Of a stretch of DNA of 64,000 nucleotides, positions 39,347-49,727 are shown in pieces. The notes beneath the pieces were generated by a model. It did not search any database, was not told the origin of the DNA, and worked only from the letters and a program-made list of their open reading frames with translations. The first letter of the stretch is position 1. Every line of letters begins with the position of its first letter. The stretch covers positions 170,852 through 234,851 of the forward strand of contig WJKM01000011.1 in assembly GCA_014729085.1 (NCBI GenBank), written 5' to 3'. The translations under genes were made by a program, and so were the position numbers. The stretch comes from Candidatus Dojkabacteria bacterium. GTDB lineage: Bacteria > Patescibacteriota > Dojkabacteria > B142 > WJKM01.

Positions 39347-41146
39347 TTAATTATATTTCAAATACTCTTCCTTAAATAACTCAAAGTCGGACACATCACA
39401 GCTGCCGTCTTGATTAAGATCGCCTAAGTGCAAACCGCCCTTGCAGTTGGATTTTATTGATTTGATGAATAACGATAAATCACTTATATCAACTCTTTGA
39501 TCTTCACAATTCATATCTGCTAAGACGCATCTTTTGATTTCCAGTGTCAGTGGAGAGCTTTCTTCTAAATCTTGATTTCTTGATTTGATCAAGAAAGTAT
39601 TCAAACCGAGATTGTCAAGAGAAAAAACGTGGCTCCAGCTGCTTGCACCATTTATATCGACAACTAACTCATCATCTACTATGATGCCTGTTTCTTCCTG
39701 TTTAGAACCAGATACTTTCTGAGTTTCCTCATAGGTAGTTGTTAGATACGAATAAACTGTTGGTTTCTGCAGATCTCCAGCTTGTGGTGTTGATGTCTGA
39801 GTTATAGTGGGCGTTACTGTTCCATCAATCCATACGGAATTTTGGCATATTTTATCATCAGATCTTGTGGTACCTGAAAAAAAGCATCTATCTACAGAAG
39901 AATCCCAGCATCCTTCAACCTGAGTACAACCAGCTTCATCTCGAGGTTGTTTAATCTCTTCCTCCCAGCATATTCTTCCTTCGGAAAAAACAGTACCTTG
40001 CTCGTAACACTTACTTTCCAACTTACATTGACCTCTAGGGCATCTCCCAAATTGACCTCCATAAATTCCCATATCATTCCGAGTTCCATCTAAATCGTTA
40101 TATTTAGAATCTGGATCTCCAGCATCAATTGCTGGTGAATTTAATTTAAGGTGAAAATCGGTTTCGTTAATAAATTGAGGATCAAGACTTTTATTTCCCC
40201 AGGCAGTTAAGTCATCCTTAGTAAGAAAATCATTCCAATCTCCAGATTCATTACCGTAAGAAAGGTTATACTTCAATTCAACAAAATTCTCTTCACCTTT
40301 GGCTATAATCCCAACCTCTTTATTATTTAAAGATATGTTATTCTTGACTACACATCGAGCATTCTTAGAGCAATCAAATCCCTGATGACCATTTCTATAA
40401 AATATATTGTTAATTATACTACCAGAAGAATCCGTCCCAATTGTTGCTCCTCTAGCTCTATTTTTAGTAATTTGATTATTATACATTTTCGTGGTTGATT
40501 CTTGAGTAATTACAATACCTCTATTATTTTCCGATAACTCCATATTATATAAATCAACTATAGATTCTCCTGAAACATATATCCCATCTCCCCATGAGCA
40601 AGGATTTTCCTGATTATATCTACATTCTTCAGGATTATCTGCATCCTTTTTAAATCCAATAATTTTTAAATTAGAAATTTCTATATTACTATTTTGTTTT
40701 ATTATAATTGCTGACATAGGATTGGAAGTATTTCCAGATAGTATTGTATCGTCTTCAGCTTTAATGTTTAATTGCTTCTGTTTAATATGAAGAAATGTTT
40801 TTTCATATCTTGTATTGGGATCATCATCATTAATATACGAGGAAACTTCGAAATTTGACCTTCGGTACTCACCCTGTTTAATAAGTACTATACTACCATT
40901 TTCTGCACTATCGATAGCTAATTGTATTGCTTTTCCATTATCGTTTGGATAGTCTGCTCCATCAAAATCACAATCATTATTTGGATCGGACGCAGGACAT
41001 ACAACGACTGTATTTGTTGCCGAGGCTTCAGACTTTTCTGGACTTTGATCTTGCTGTTCGCGAAGAAGTGAGGAGATACCTAAACTTAAAGCTAAAAGAA
41101 AAAAAACTAAAAAGATCAAAAATATAACTTTTAATTTTTTTTTCAT
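39347..41146 (-). CDS. secreted parallel beta-helix protein with dockerin-like C-terminus
   Basis: IQLAID, beta-helix repeats, DFHLKLNSPAIDAGDP...DMGIYGG, paired DxN...D.SD motifs. Confidence 0.8.
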   Translation of the reverse strand: MKKKLKVIFLIFLVFFLLALSLGISSLLREQQDQSPEKSEASATNTVVVCPASDPNNDCDFDGADYPNDNGKAIQLAIDSAENGSIVLIKQGEYRRSNFEVSSYINDDDPNTRYEKTFLHIKQKQLNIKAEDDTILSGNTSNPMSAIIIKQNSNIEISNLKIIGFKKDADNPEECRYNQENPCSWGDGIYVSGESIVDLYNMELSENNRGIVITQESTTKMYNNQITKNRARGATIGTDSSGSIINNIFYRNGHQGFDCSKNARCVVKNNISLNNKEVGIIAKGEENFVELKYNLSYGNESGDWNDFLTKDDLTAWGNKSLDPQFINETDFHLKLNSPAIDAGDPDSKYNDLDGTRNDMGIYGGQFGRCPRGQCKLESKCYEQGTVFSEGRICWEEEIKQPRDEAGCTQVEGCWDSSVDRCFFSGTTRSDDKICQNSVWIDGTVTPTITQTSTPQAGDLQKPTVYSYLTTTYEETQKVSGSKQEETGIIVDDELVVDINGASSWSHVFSLDNLGLNTFLIKSRNQDLEESSPLTLEIKRCVLADMNCEDQRVDISDLSLFIKSIKSNCKGGLHLGDLNQDGSCDVSDFELFKEEYLKYN

Positions 41147-41190
41147 ATATTTTCAATAATGCTAATTAAATTGAATTCTCCCTGTTGGAT

Positions 41191-42318
41191 TTATTCCAGC
41201 CTCATAGGCATTATGATATGAAGATAGTCCTTATCCTTCTTATCTTTAAACACCCCAGGAGAAGTGGCTCCTGTTGTTTCATAGATTATTTCTTCCCCTT
41301 CCATAGCAGTTATCATATCTTGCAAAAAACGTGCATTATATGCCGTTTCAAGGTCATCTCCTTCTACCTTTGCTATATCCACAAATGTCTCGTTCTTTCC
41401 AATGTCTACAACTAAAACTTTCATCAGAAGTTTTGCCTTTTCTGCATTTACTGCAAATTTTGTTTTGTTTCCCACAACATTACGTGCAAATATGCTTACT
41501 ACTTTAAGTGCTTCGGATAATTCTGCTTTTAATACCGAGAAACTGAAATCTTTCTTTTCGGGTAATATATCCTCAAAAGATGGAAACTCCCCTTCTATTA
41601 GCCTACTAACAAGCTCGATATCATCTATTTTAAAAACTACTTGATTATTATCCTTTAATTTATAAATTTCTACTTCGTCTTTTTCTCCAGCGACATCCTT
41701 GATTATTTTATTAATCTCCATTAAAGACTTTGCAGGAATAATCTCAAGAAAATCTTTTTCCGGGCCGTCTTTTATTTTCATAATTTTTCTCGAAAGTCTA
41801 TAACCATCAACTCCAACCATGGTTAATTTTCTCTTGGTAATTTTTGTTAGTAGACCGGTAAGGACAGGCCTTGAGTTATCTGTTGATGCAGAGAATGTTG
41901 TTTTATCAAGAGCTTTGGAAAATTCAAGTGCATTTATTTTCACTAAGGGCTTTCCTTTTGCTTCGGGAACAGAAGGGAAGTCATCTGCAGGAATTATAAA
42001 GAATTCTGCGCTATTATCCGTAGATTCAACGACTAATTTTTGTCCCTCTAAATAAATATTTAACTTACCTGGTTTAATTGTTCCAATGAATTCTGAAAGA
42101 AGTTTTGCCGAAACTGTAACTTTTCCTTTTTTCTGAATATTTGCCCCAATAGTAGCATTTATACCAATCTCTAAATTTGTACTTGAAAGTTTTATACTGT
42201 CTTTGTCTGCTTCAATATATACATTTGCAAGAACCGGGATATTTGGGGTTGTACTTATTGCTTTATTTATGTGAATTAATGCCTTAGCGAATTTTTTTTG
42301 GATAACTTCAATTTTCAT
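41191..42318 (-). CDS. dnaN: DNA polymerase III beta clamp
   Basis: STNLE, SRPVLTG, DGYRLS, SRLIEGEFP, IMPMRL. Confidence 0.97.
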   Translation of the reverse strand: MKIEVIQKKFAKALIHINKAISTTPNIPVLANVYIEADKDSIKLSSTNLEIGINATIGANIQKKGKVTVSAKLLSEFIGTIKPGKLNIYLEGQKLVVESTDNSAEFFIIPADDFPSVPEAKGKPLVKINALEFSKALDKTTFSASTDNSRPVLTGLLTKITKRKLTMVGVDGYRLSRKIMKIKDGPEKDFLEIIPAKSLMEINKIIKDVAGEKDEVEIYKLKDNNQVVFKIDDIELVSRLIEGEFPSFEDILPEKKDFSFSVLKAELSEALKVVSIFARNVVGNKTKFAVNAEKAKLLMKVLVVDIGKNETFVDIAKVEGDDLETAYNARFLQDMITAMEGEEIIYETTGATSPGVFKDKKDKDYLHIIMPMRLE

Positions 42319-42482
42319 ATTTTTCTATTATTAAATTAATTTTTAAGATAGTAGTTTAAGTAGTAAGTGTAGATATGTGGAAAACTACATTTTTCTCATT
42401 AATTATAGCGTGTTTGGGAAATAAAAAGTATGTGAATAACTCGGGATAATCTTACGAGTTTATTTCCCTATTTGAATTCTAT
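42319..42482. other. replication origin oriC (unwinding region)
   Basis: dnaA-dnaN spacer: AT-rich tract, TAG trios, DnaA boxes TGTGGAAAA (42376) and TGTGAATAA (42431). Confidence 0.75.
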
Positions 42483-43859
42483 TTAAAAAATACTTTCTCT
42501 TAATACTTCAATTTGTTCCGCAAAGCCTTTGTCTACTTCTATTTTACTTTGAACTTTATCTACAGCATGCATTACAGTTGTATGGTCTTTGCGATTTAAA
42601 TTCTTTGCAACATCCTCTAATTTATAGCCTAAGTCTTTTCTTAAAATGTACATAACGACTTGTCTTGCGAAAGCAATATCAGCTTTCCTTGATCTACTGA
42701 GTATGTCTTTTGCAGTAACTTGAAATTCTTTTGATACATGTCTAATAATTTCACGAGGTTTTATTTTTTCTCTTTTACTTTTTTTATCTGTTCCAAGTAA
42801 ATTTGCTACTTCTCCCAAAGTCATTTTGTGAGAATTAATTTGATTGAAAAGGGCAATTTGTTGTAAATTTCCTTCTAGTTGCCTGACATTATTTGTCGAA
42901 TTTTTTGCAATATAACTAAGTATGTTTTTATCCAAATCTATTCCCAGCATTTTTGTCTTATATTCAACAATAGCAAGCCTTGTTTCAAAGTCGGGTTTTT
43001 CGATTTGTGCAACCATTCCTCCCTGGAAGCGTGATTTTAGTCTAGCTTCAAGGTTGTGGATTTTTTCTGGGGATCGATCTGAAACCAAGATTATCTGTTT
43101 GTTTTTGTTATAAAGAGCATTGAAAGTATTGAAAAGTTCATCCTGAGTTTGCTCCCATTTAGAAATTAATTGGATATCATCAATTATGAGAAGATCCAAA
43201 TATCTGTATTTATTTCTAAAATTTCTAGTCTTTCCTGTTTGAATTGCTTTCACCATCTCGTTCAAAAAATTCTCACTGGGTATATACAATATCTCCTTAC
43301 TTTGGTTTTTCTCTAATATTTTTTGTCCTATTGCTTGAGCTATATGAGTTTTTCCAAGACCTGTTTTGCCATATATGAATAAGGGGTTGTATATTTTTCC
43401 CGGATTTTCACATACAGCCAAAGCTGCGGCATGAACTAATCTGTTTGAGGGACCTGTTATGAAACTTTTAAAATTAAAAGCGCTTACTAAATTTGCATCT
43501 TTTAGAATTCGACTGAAGTCAGTATTTTCTCCTTTTTCTACACTGAACAGGGTTGATTGTCTTTCTTCTTTACTTATTTTAGGAATATCTTCGTTTGCAA
43601 GCTTCTTGGAGACAACATATGTGGGTTCAAGTTCTGTTCCTGCAACATGAGATATTGTTTCTTTAATTAAATTGTTATGTTTTTTTTGGAGCCAATCGGA
43701 AGCATAACTATTCTTAACTCCAATAACCGCTTTTTTTCCTTTTATTTCAATAAGTTCAGTTGGTTGAAACCAAGTTTTGTAGTGTGCAGGAGAATCAAGC
43801 TTTATTTCTATCTGGGCAAGTGTTGTTTTCCATACTTCTTGGGTCAAGATTTTCTTCAT
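42483..43859 (-). CDS. dnaA: replication initiator DnaA
   Basis: YNPLFIYGKTGLGKTH, LIIDDIQ, RLKSRF, RQLEG, DHTTVMHA. Confidence 0.98.
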   Translation of the reverse strand: MKKILTQEVWKTTLAQIEIKLDSPAHYKTWFQPTELIEIKGKKAVIGVKNSYASDWLQKKHNNLIKETISHVAGTELEPTYVVSKKLANEDIPKISKEERQSTLFSVEKGENTDFSRILKDANLVSAFNFKSFITGPSNRLVHAAALAVCENPGKIYNPLFIYGKTGLGKTHIAQAIGQKILEKNQSKEILYIPSENFLNEMVKAIQTGKTRNFRNKYRYLDLLIIDDIQLISKWEQTQDELFNTFNALYNKNKQIILVSDRSPEKIHNLEARLKSRFQGGMVAQIEKPDFETRLAIVEYKTKMLGIDLDKNILSYIAKNSTNNVRQLEGNLQQIALFNQINSHKMTLGEVANLLGTDKKSKREKIKPREIIRHVSKEFQVTAKDILSRSRKADIAFARQVVMYILRKDLGYKLEDVAKNLNRKDHTTVMHAVDKVQSKIEVDKGFAEQIEVLRESIF

Positions 43860-44096
43860 TTTTGGATAGAAAAATTAAGATAAAACGAAAACAAAGTAGA
43901 TAAGTTTAAAATTACGCGCAAGTATTTTAAAAAGGTGGCATTAAATTTTGTAATCTTAAATAAAAATTGTTCCAATATTTAGAAATGTTTATTGCCCGTT
44001 ATTACGAAAGTAAATAGTGAATTTACATCTCATGCTATTTCTAAAAATAGGGCAGAATTTTTTAACTTGAAGACTATAATAAACAATACTACAAAA

Positions 44097-44105
44097 TGTG
44101 GATAA
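44097..44105. promoter_or_regulatory. perfect DnaA box upstream of dnaA
   Basis: TGTGGATAA. Confidence 0.75.
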
Positions 44106-44235
44106 CTTTCAAATGGATAAAATTTTGCAACGTTTTGAATTGTTATAATATAGCGAGAAGGATGTTTCATTTTAAAATTTACAAGATTTGTTTCTCGAAA
44201 ATATTCCGAAAAAAATTTTTATGAAAAAAAATTAA

Positions 44236-44544
44236 ATGTTTAATAAAATAAAAAATATTCCAAAAGAGATGGCAAAATTGTTGATTAAGATATACCAGTA
44301 TTTCTTATCATTCGATCACAGTTTTTGGGCAAAGCCAGAAGTTTTGAGAGTATGTGTGCATTATCCAAGTTGCTCGCAGTATGCTTATGAGGCAATCGAT
44401 AAATTCGGCATATTTAAAGGAGGTATTATGGCAATTTTTCGAATATTGAGATGCACTCCTCTATGTAAAAATAGAATAGACAAAGTCCCCGACAGATTTT
44501 CTATAAGAGCTAATACTAAAAGCGAAGAAAATATAGAAAAATAG
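44236..44544 (+). CDS. yidD: membrane protein insertion efficiency factor YidD
   Basis: IKIYQ, C.HYPSCSQY, RILRCTP. Confidence 0.9.
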   Translation: MFNKIKNIPKEMAKLLIKIYQYFLSFDHSFWAKPEVLRVCVHYPSCSQYAYEAIDKFGIFKGGIMAIFRILRCTPLCKNRIDKVPDRFSIRANTKSEENIEK

Positions 44545-44547
44545 GTT

Positions 44548-45102
44548 TTATTCTATATATTTCCTGATTAAAGAAGTAAGATGACCTTCTATCTTTTTTT
44601 TCGAGAAGCCGTTGTATTTGGTAATAGTTAATTTATTTTTACTGTTTTCAACAATTAAATCACCTTTCTTGGGTTTTGTATTTTTGGAGATAATCAATAT
44701 ATCTCCTTTATTAATATCTAAATCATTTAAACTCTTGTCTTTAACGATACAGGCGTAGATCTGTTCGGTGGATTTTAATAGGTCGTTATCTAATATCAGA
44801 GTTTTCTCCTCCTGAAACTTAAGTGATAGTTTACAATTTTGGATAGATCCTTTTATTTTTATTTTAGTGAAATTCTCTTGTTCCTCATGATGCTGTATTT
44901 GAATACCTCTTGCTTGGTTCATCTCTTTTTTTATATAACCTTTGCTTTTTAAATTTTCAAGATGTTCGTGAACTGTTGAGACGGCTTTAAGCTTAAAGTG
45001 GTTTCTTATTTCGAGGAGTGAAGGGGCATAACCGTTTTTAGAGATAGACAATTTAATAAAATCGAAGATTTCTTTTTGTCTTTTTGTTAACGGTTGTACC
45101 AT
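44548..45102 (-). CDS. lexA: LexA-like repressor with degenerate peptidase domain (likely ATG 45102; ORF track 45225)
   Basis: LTKRQKEI, GYAPS..EI, STVHEHL..L..KGYI, RGI; no Ala-Gly site. Confidence 0.8.
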   Translation of the reverse strand: MVQPLTKRQKEIFDFIKLSISKNGYAPSLLEIRNHFKLKAVSTVHEHLENLKSKGYIKKEMNQARGIQIQHHEEQENFTKIKIKGSIQNCKLSLKFQEEKTLILDNDLLKSTEQIYACIVKDKSLNDLDINKGDILIISKNTKPKKGDLIVENSKNKLTITKYNGFSKKKIEGHLTSLIRKYIE

Positions 45103-45314
45103 TTTTATTTCCAATGAATTTAAATCACTTTGTCTATCATAACTGTACATTTCTATTTTATATCCTTTTTTTGATAAACCAAAAGTAAAATTGATTAACA
45201 GAAAGATAAAACTATTCGGTACCAATAAATTACTCTAGTATATAATATAGATGATAGGCATTTGGATTATAATCATTATTGGTGAATTTCTTCAAATAAA
45301 TTTATTATTTTTAT

Positions 45315-46016
45315 ATGAAAAAAAATTATTACACATTTCAAAAAGTAGGAGAGAAGCTGCAAGAGCGAAGGTTGAAAAGAGGCATATCTTTAAAACAGAT
45401 TGCAAAAGAATTGAAAATCAGGGAGAAGTTTTTAAAAGCTCTTGAGTCTGGTGAATATGAAATATTTCCTTCCGAAGTTTATATAAAAGGTTTCCTTAAA
45501 AATTATTCTGAATTTTTAGGGATGGACTCAGAAAGATTATTGAAGCTTTATAGAAGAGACAGAGAAAAGGTGAAGAACTCTTCTTCATTAGGGAATTTAC
45601 GTGAAAAAGGCAAAAAGGAAATGAGTTTTAATTTAAAGCTGAGTTATAAGAAGGGGATGATAGGAATGGTGGTAGCTCTCATAATAATAACCATAGGTTA
45701 TTTTGGAGTACGTTTATATTTATATTCCAAAAAACCTGTCTTAATTTTACAAGAACCTTTATATGCAAATAGCGCAGAAAATATTGAATATAAATTTGAC
45801 ACAACAAAACAGGAAGTAATTTTTAAAGGAAATATTGGCATAGGAAACAGTTTACATGTGAATAATGAGAGAATTGAAACATTTGGACGGGATGAATTTG
45901 AAACTCCTCCTCAGGAAGTATTTCAAGGCGAAAATATTTTTCAAATTAGTACTAAAAATCAGTACGGCGTTACTTCGGAGTTGATAATAAATGTTATAAG
46001 ATCCGAGAATATATAA
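45315..46016 (+). CDS. RodZ-like HTH membrane protein
   Basis: VGEKL...R, ALESG, VYIKGFLKNYSEFLG, single TM, Ig-like C-terminus. Confidence 0.85.
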   Translation: MKKNYYTFQKVGEKLQERRLKRGISLKQIAKELKIREKFLKALESGEYEIFPSEVYIKGFLKNYSEFLGMDSERLLKLYRRDREKVKNSSSLGNLREKGKKEMSFNLKLSYKKGMIGMVVALIIITIGYFGVRLYLYSKKPVLILQEPLYANSAENIEYKFDTTKQEVIFKGNIGIGNSLHVNNERIETFGRDEFETPPQEVFQGENIFQISTKNQYGVTSELIINVIRSENI

Positions 46017-46054
46017 GCTTCAAACATAGTTTCCCCTTTTTATGTATCAAAAGA

Positions 46055-47158
46055 TTATATCTTTTTAAATTCCTCGAGCTTCTTTTTTTGTTTTTTGTTT
46101 AAATTTTTTGGAATATTTACTACAATTTTGACATATTGGTCTCCTTTTCCACCATTTTTAAATCTAATTCCGCCTCTTTCAGATAGTTTAAATACTTTAT
46201 TTGGTTGGGTACCAGCGGGGATTTTCATCTCAATATCTCCGTGTACAGTAGGTACCTCTATGCTTCCTCCGAGGATTGCAGTCATGACGTCAATCTCTTG
46301 TTCTATATATATATCATCACCTCTCCGTTCGAAAATTTCATGAGGGGAGACCTCAATGTTGATATATAAATCACCAGAATTTCCTCCATTTTTCCCGGCA
46401 TTTCCTTTTTCTCTAAATTTTAGAACGACACCATCTGGAATTCCAGGAGGAATCTTAATTTTGAAGTCTTCCTTTACTTGTTCAATTCCCTGTCCGTTGC
46501 ATTTTTCGCATGGTTCATCGATGATTTCCCTAGCTCCGTTACATTCTGGACATATGGACTGTGTTCGGATCTGACCAATGAAAGTATTCTTTACGTTCGT
46601 TACAACTCCCTTTCCTTGGCAAGTATCACATGTTTTTTTACTTGTTCCTTCTTTAGCTCCCGTTCCCTTACATTTATCACATTGTATCTTTCTTTGATAT
46701 ACAATATTTTTTTCTGAACCAAAGACAGCTTCAAGAAAATCAATATTTAGTGTTACTTCAACATCGCTACCTCTAATTCCTGCTTTTCTTCTTTGTTTTT
46801 GGAAAGGGGAGCCACTAAATCCACTGAAACCTCCAAAGTTATTAAATCCTCCAAAAAATTGATTTAATATATCATTTAAATCTTCATAATTACCCCCGTA
46901 ATTATATCCACCTGATTGTCCAAAACCGCTAAAGCCTTGCGTTCCGGCATGTCCATATTGATCATATGCTTTTCTTTTTTGGTCATCATTAAGCACTTCA
47001 TATGCTTCCTGTACCTCTTTAAATTTGTCTTCAGCTTCAGGGGATTGGTTTTTATCAGGATGATATTTTTTGACTAATCGTCTATAAGCTTTTTTAATAT
47101 CTTTTTTTGTTGCATTTTTATCAACACCTAAAGTTTCATAGTAGTCATTTTTTTCCAT
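46055..47158 (-). CDS. dnaJ: chaperone DnaJ
   Basis: HPD J-domain, G/F region, four CxxCxGxG-type repeats. Confidence 0.97.
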   Translation of the reverse strand: MEKNDYYETLGVDKNATKKDIKKAYRRLVKKYHPDKNQSPEAEDKFKEVQEAYEVLNDDQKRKAYDQYGHAGTQGFSGFGQSGGYNYGGNYEDLNDILNQFFGGFNNFGGFSGFSGSPFQKQRRKAGIRGSDVEVTLNIDFLEAVFGSEKNIVYQRKIQCDKCKGTGAKEGTSKKTCDTCQGKGVVTNVKNTFIGQIRTQSICPECNGAREIIDEPCEKCNGQGIEQVKEDFKIKIPPGIPDGVVLKFREKGNAGKNGGNSGDLYINIEVSPHEIFERRGDDIYIEQEIDVMTAILGGSIEVPTVHGDIEMKIPAGTQPNKVFKLSERGGIRFKNGGKGDQYVKIVVNIPKNLNKKQKKKLEEFKKI

Positions 47159-47253
47159 AATTTTCGATAATTATATTTTTTTATAATTTATTTAAAATTG
47201 TAATTTTTCAATCTATTCACAATAAGCCAAAATAAAGAAATCTAAATATGATT

Positions 47254-47280
47254 TTAGCAAACAAACTAAACAAGTGCTAG
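47254..47280 (-). promoter_or_regulatory. CIRCE element (HrcA operator) for dnaJ
   Basis: CTAGCACTT-N9-GTTTGCTAA on minus strand (7/9 + 7/9 to consensus), just downstream of TGATATAAT. Confidence 0.7.
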
Positions 47281-47582
47281 TTATTATATCAATTTTTAAC
47301 CATAAAATTGTAATATAAATTAATATAAACTGATAATTTTTAATTGAAATTAAACCAGAATTTACAAGTTCTGATATGATTTATGTTAAAATCATAAGTA
47401 GAATTCTTAAAAGATGAAATAGGACATTAAAGATTGGTCTATTTCATTTTATTAACTATAGATTTATATTACGAAAGAAAAAATCGATAATGATTTGAAG
47501 CGTATTTCATAATAGTTAGTTATAAATCAGAAGAAAGAGAATTTGGCTTTTAGCCTATTTTTTTATTTGAATTAAACTATAA

Positions 47583-49187
47583 ATGGCTGATAAAAAAGAG
47601 AAGAAAAATAAATATAAACTTAAACGCACACCTGTTGTTGCAGTGCTGGGACATGTTGATCATGGAAAAACGTCTCTTCTTGATTCAATTAGAGGGACCC
47701 AGGTTCAAAAATGTGAGGTAGGTGGAATTACACAAAATACTCGAGCGCATGAAATTAAATTTCAAGGACAACAAATCACTTTTATTGATACCCCAGGACA
47801 TGAGGCCTTTTCTGAAATGAGAGCAAGAGGTGCTAATATTACGGACATTGTTTTATTGGTAGTAGCAGCAGATGATGGAGTCAAGCCTCAGACAAAAGAA
47901 TCAATAAAATATGCAAAAGAAGCAGGCGTACCCATTATTGTCGCTATTAACAAAATTGATCTACCTAATACTGACGTGAGCAAAATAAAAAATGAACTTT
48001 CCCAAAACAATGTGTTAGTAGAGGAGTATGGTGGAGAAACACAGGTATTTGAGGTATCGGCTGAAAACAATAAAGGTTTGGAAGAGATGCTTGAAGGGAT
48101 TTTGGTACAAGCCGAAATTCTAGAACTACAAAAGGGGAAAAACAAATACGACGTTTCAGAAGCTGTAGTGCTGGAATCTAAGTTAGATAAAAATCTTGGT
48201 GCAGTTTCATTTGTTCTCGTAAAAGTTGGAGATATAAAAATTGGGGATTTTATAATTTATAATGGAAAATTATCTCCAGTAAGAGCATTACTTGATGAAT
48301 GCCAGAGTGATATAGAGAAAGCAAAAGAATCTTCCCCTGTATGGGTTCTTGGTTGTCGCGATGTAATCCAGACAGGTGAAAGAATTTATTTCGCTCCTGG
48401 TGAGGAAAAAGCAAAGGAAATTGCGAAGCAACAAAAAGAAGAAGAAAAAGATCAATTAGAAGTTGAGAAGCAAACACAAGAAGAAGATATGGAAGAAGTA
48501 GATACAGGATCTTTAGATGACGAAGAGTCTTATGATTTGAATGTCTTGGCAGGAATGCTTGCTGAGGAACAACAAAACGAAGATATTAAGAAACTAAATG
48601 TAGTTGTAAAGACAGACACTCAAGGAACACTTCAGGTAGTACTGTCTGAATTAAAGAAGCTTAATACTCCGGAAGTAGAGGTGAATGTTTTGTCCGAAGG
48701 TACAGGAGAAATTACACGTAAAGATATTCTAACAGCAAAGAACGCCCGTGGCATTGTGATTGGTTTTCAGGTATCAATTCCTTCAGAGTTGTCAAAAATA
48801 ATAAAACAGGAAAAGGTTATAGTAAGATTATATGATGTTATATACGAACTGATTGATGAGGTGTCCGATGCCATGGAGGGTATGCTTCAACCACCAGAGG
48901 TAGAGGAAGAAATTGCAAGAGCATTAGTCAAAAAAACTTTTGTATTAACAGATGGGTCTATTGTAGCCGGTTGTGTTGTAACGAATGGTAATGTAATTAA
49001 GGGTTACAACGTATGGGTAGAAAGAAATGGTGAAGAAATAGGAAGAGGAAAAATTATTTCTTTAAAGCATATTAAGAATGAGGTAAAAGAATCTGCAAAA
49101 GGATCTGAATGCGGAATTTTAATTGAACCCCAAATTGAACTGGAGGAAGGAGATGAGATTGTTTTATTTAAAGTAGTAAGGACTTAA
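47583..49187 (+). CDS. infB: translation initiation factor IF-2 (short, no N-terminal domain)
   Basis: [29 protein letters not shown]. Confidence 0.96.
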   Translation: MADKKEKKNKYKLKRTPVVAVLGHVDHGKTSLLDSIRGTQVQKCEVGGITQNTRAHEIKFQGQQITFIDTPGHEAFSEMRARGANITDIVLLVVAADDGVKPQTKESIKYAKEAGVPIIVAINKIDLPNTDVSKIKNELSQNNVLVEEYGGETQVFEVSAENNKGLEEMLEGILVQAEILELQKGKNKYDVSEAVVLESKLDKNLGAVSFVLVKVGDIKIGDFIIYNGKLSPVRALLDECQSDIEKAKESSPVWVLGCRDVIQTGERIYFAPGEEKAKEIAKQQKEEEKDQLEVEKQTQEEDMEEVDTGSLDDEESYDLNVLAGMLAEEQQNEDIKKLNVVVKTDTQGTLQVVLSELKKLNTPEVEVNVLSEGTGEITRKDILTAKNARGIVIGFQVSIPSELSKIIKQEKVIVRLYDVIYELIDEVSDAMEGMLQPPEVEEEIARALVKKTFVLTDGSIVAGCVVTNGNVIKGYNVWVERNGEEIGRGKIISLKHIKNEVKESAKGSECGILIEPQIELEEGDEIVLFKVVRT

Positions 49188-49218
49188 TAGTATTTCAATA
49201 AATATTTCAAATTTTTTC

Positions 49219-49656
49219 TTATTTATGATATTTGCCTCCAGCTGCTAGGTTCAAACATCTGAAAAGTTGTTCCAATAAAACTATATGAGCGAGTTCATGT
49301 GAAAAAGTTAGAGGAGATAAAGAAAGTTGTAAGTCCGCTTTATTTTCCACCTCTTTAGTAAATCCAAAAGCATTTCCGATAAAAAAATTCAGATTTGTTT
49401 CAATGAGTTTCAGATCTTTTAGATATTTAGAGAAGGTTTTAGTTTTATAAAGCTTACCGTGCTCAGTTAATACTATATTCATTCCTTTTCCAAAATATTT
49501 TTTAATGTCATTGTAGTTGATTTTTTTATCCTTCCGTGTTTTCCTTATTTTGACTTCTATTTTTGTGTATCGGGATATAAGCTTCAAATAATAGTTTTGT
49601 AGGTTCATTAAATTTTTATCACTTACTTTGCTGAAGAGTTGTATATTAATTTTCAT
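49219..49656 (-). CDS. rlmH: 23S rRNA m3Psi1915 methyltransferase
   Basis: FFIG.A.G, LSLSPLTFSHEL, LLEQLFR, YHK. Confidence 0.9.
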   Translation of the reverse strand: MKINIQLFSKVSDKNLMNLQNYYLKLISRYTKIEVKIRKTRKDKKINYNDIKKYFGKGMNIVLTEHGKLYKTKTFSKYLKDLKLIETNLNFFIGNAFGFTKEVENKADLQLSLSPLTFSHELAHIVLLEQLFRCLNLAAGGKYHK

Positions 49657-49727
49657 AAATTGATAAATAATGTTATATGGTTTAAATTATATAAGAAAAG
49701 GAAGTACTTTATTAAGCTAATAATTAG

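Noticed and set aside
45103-45314. SOS box upstream of the lexA-like gene
   Set aside because: No convincing palindrome found.
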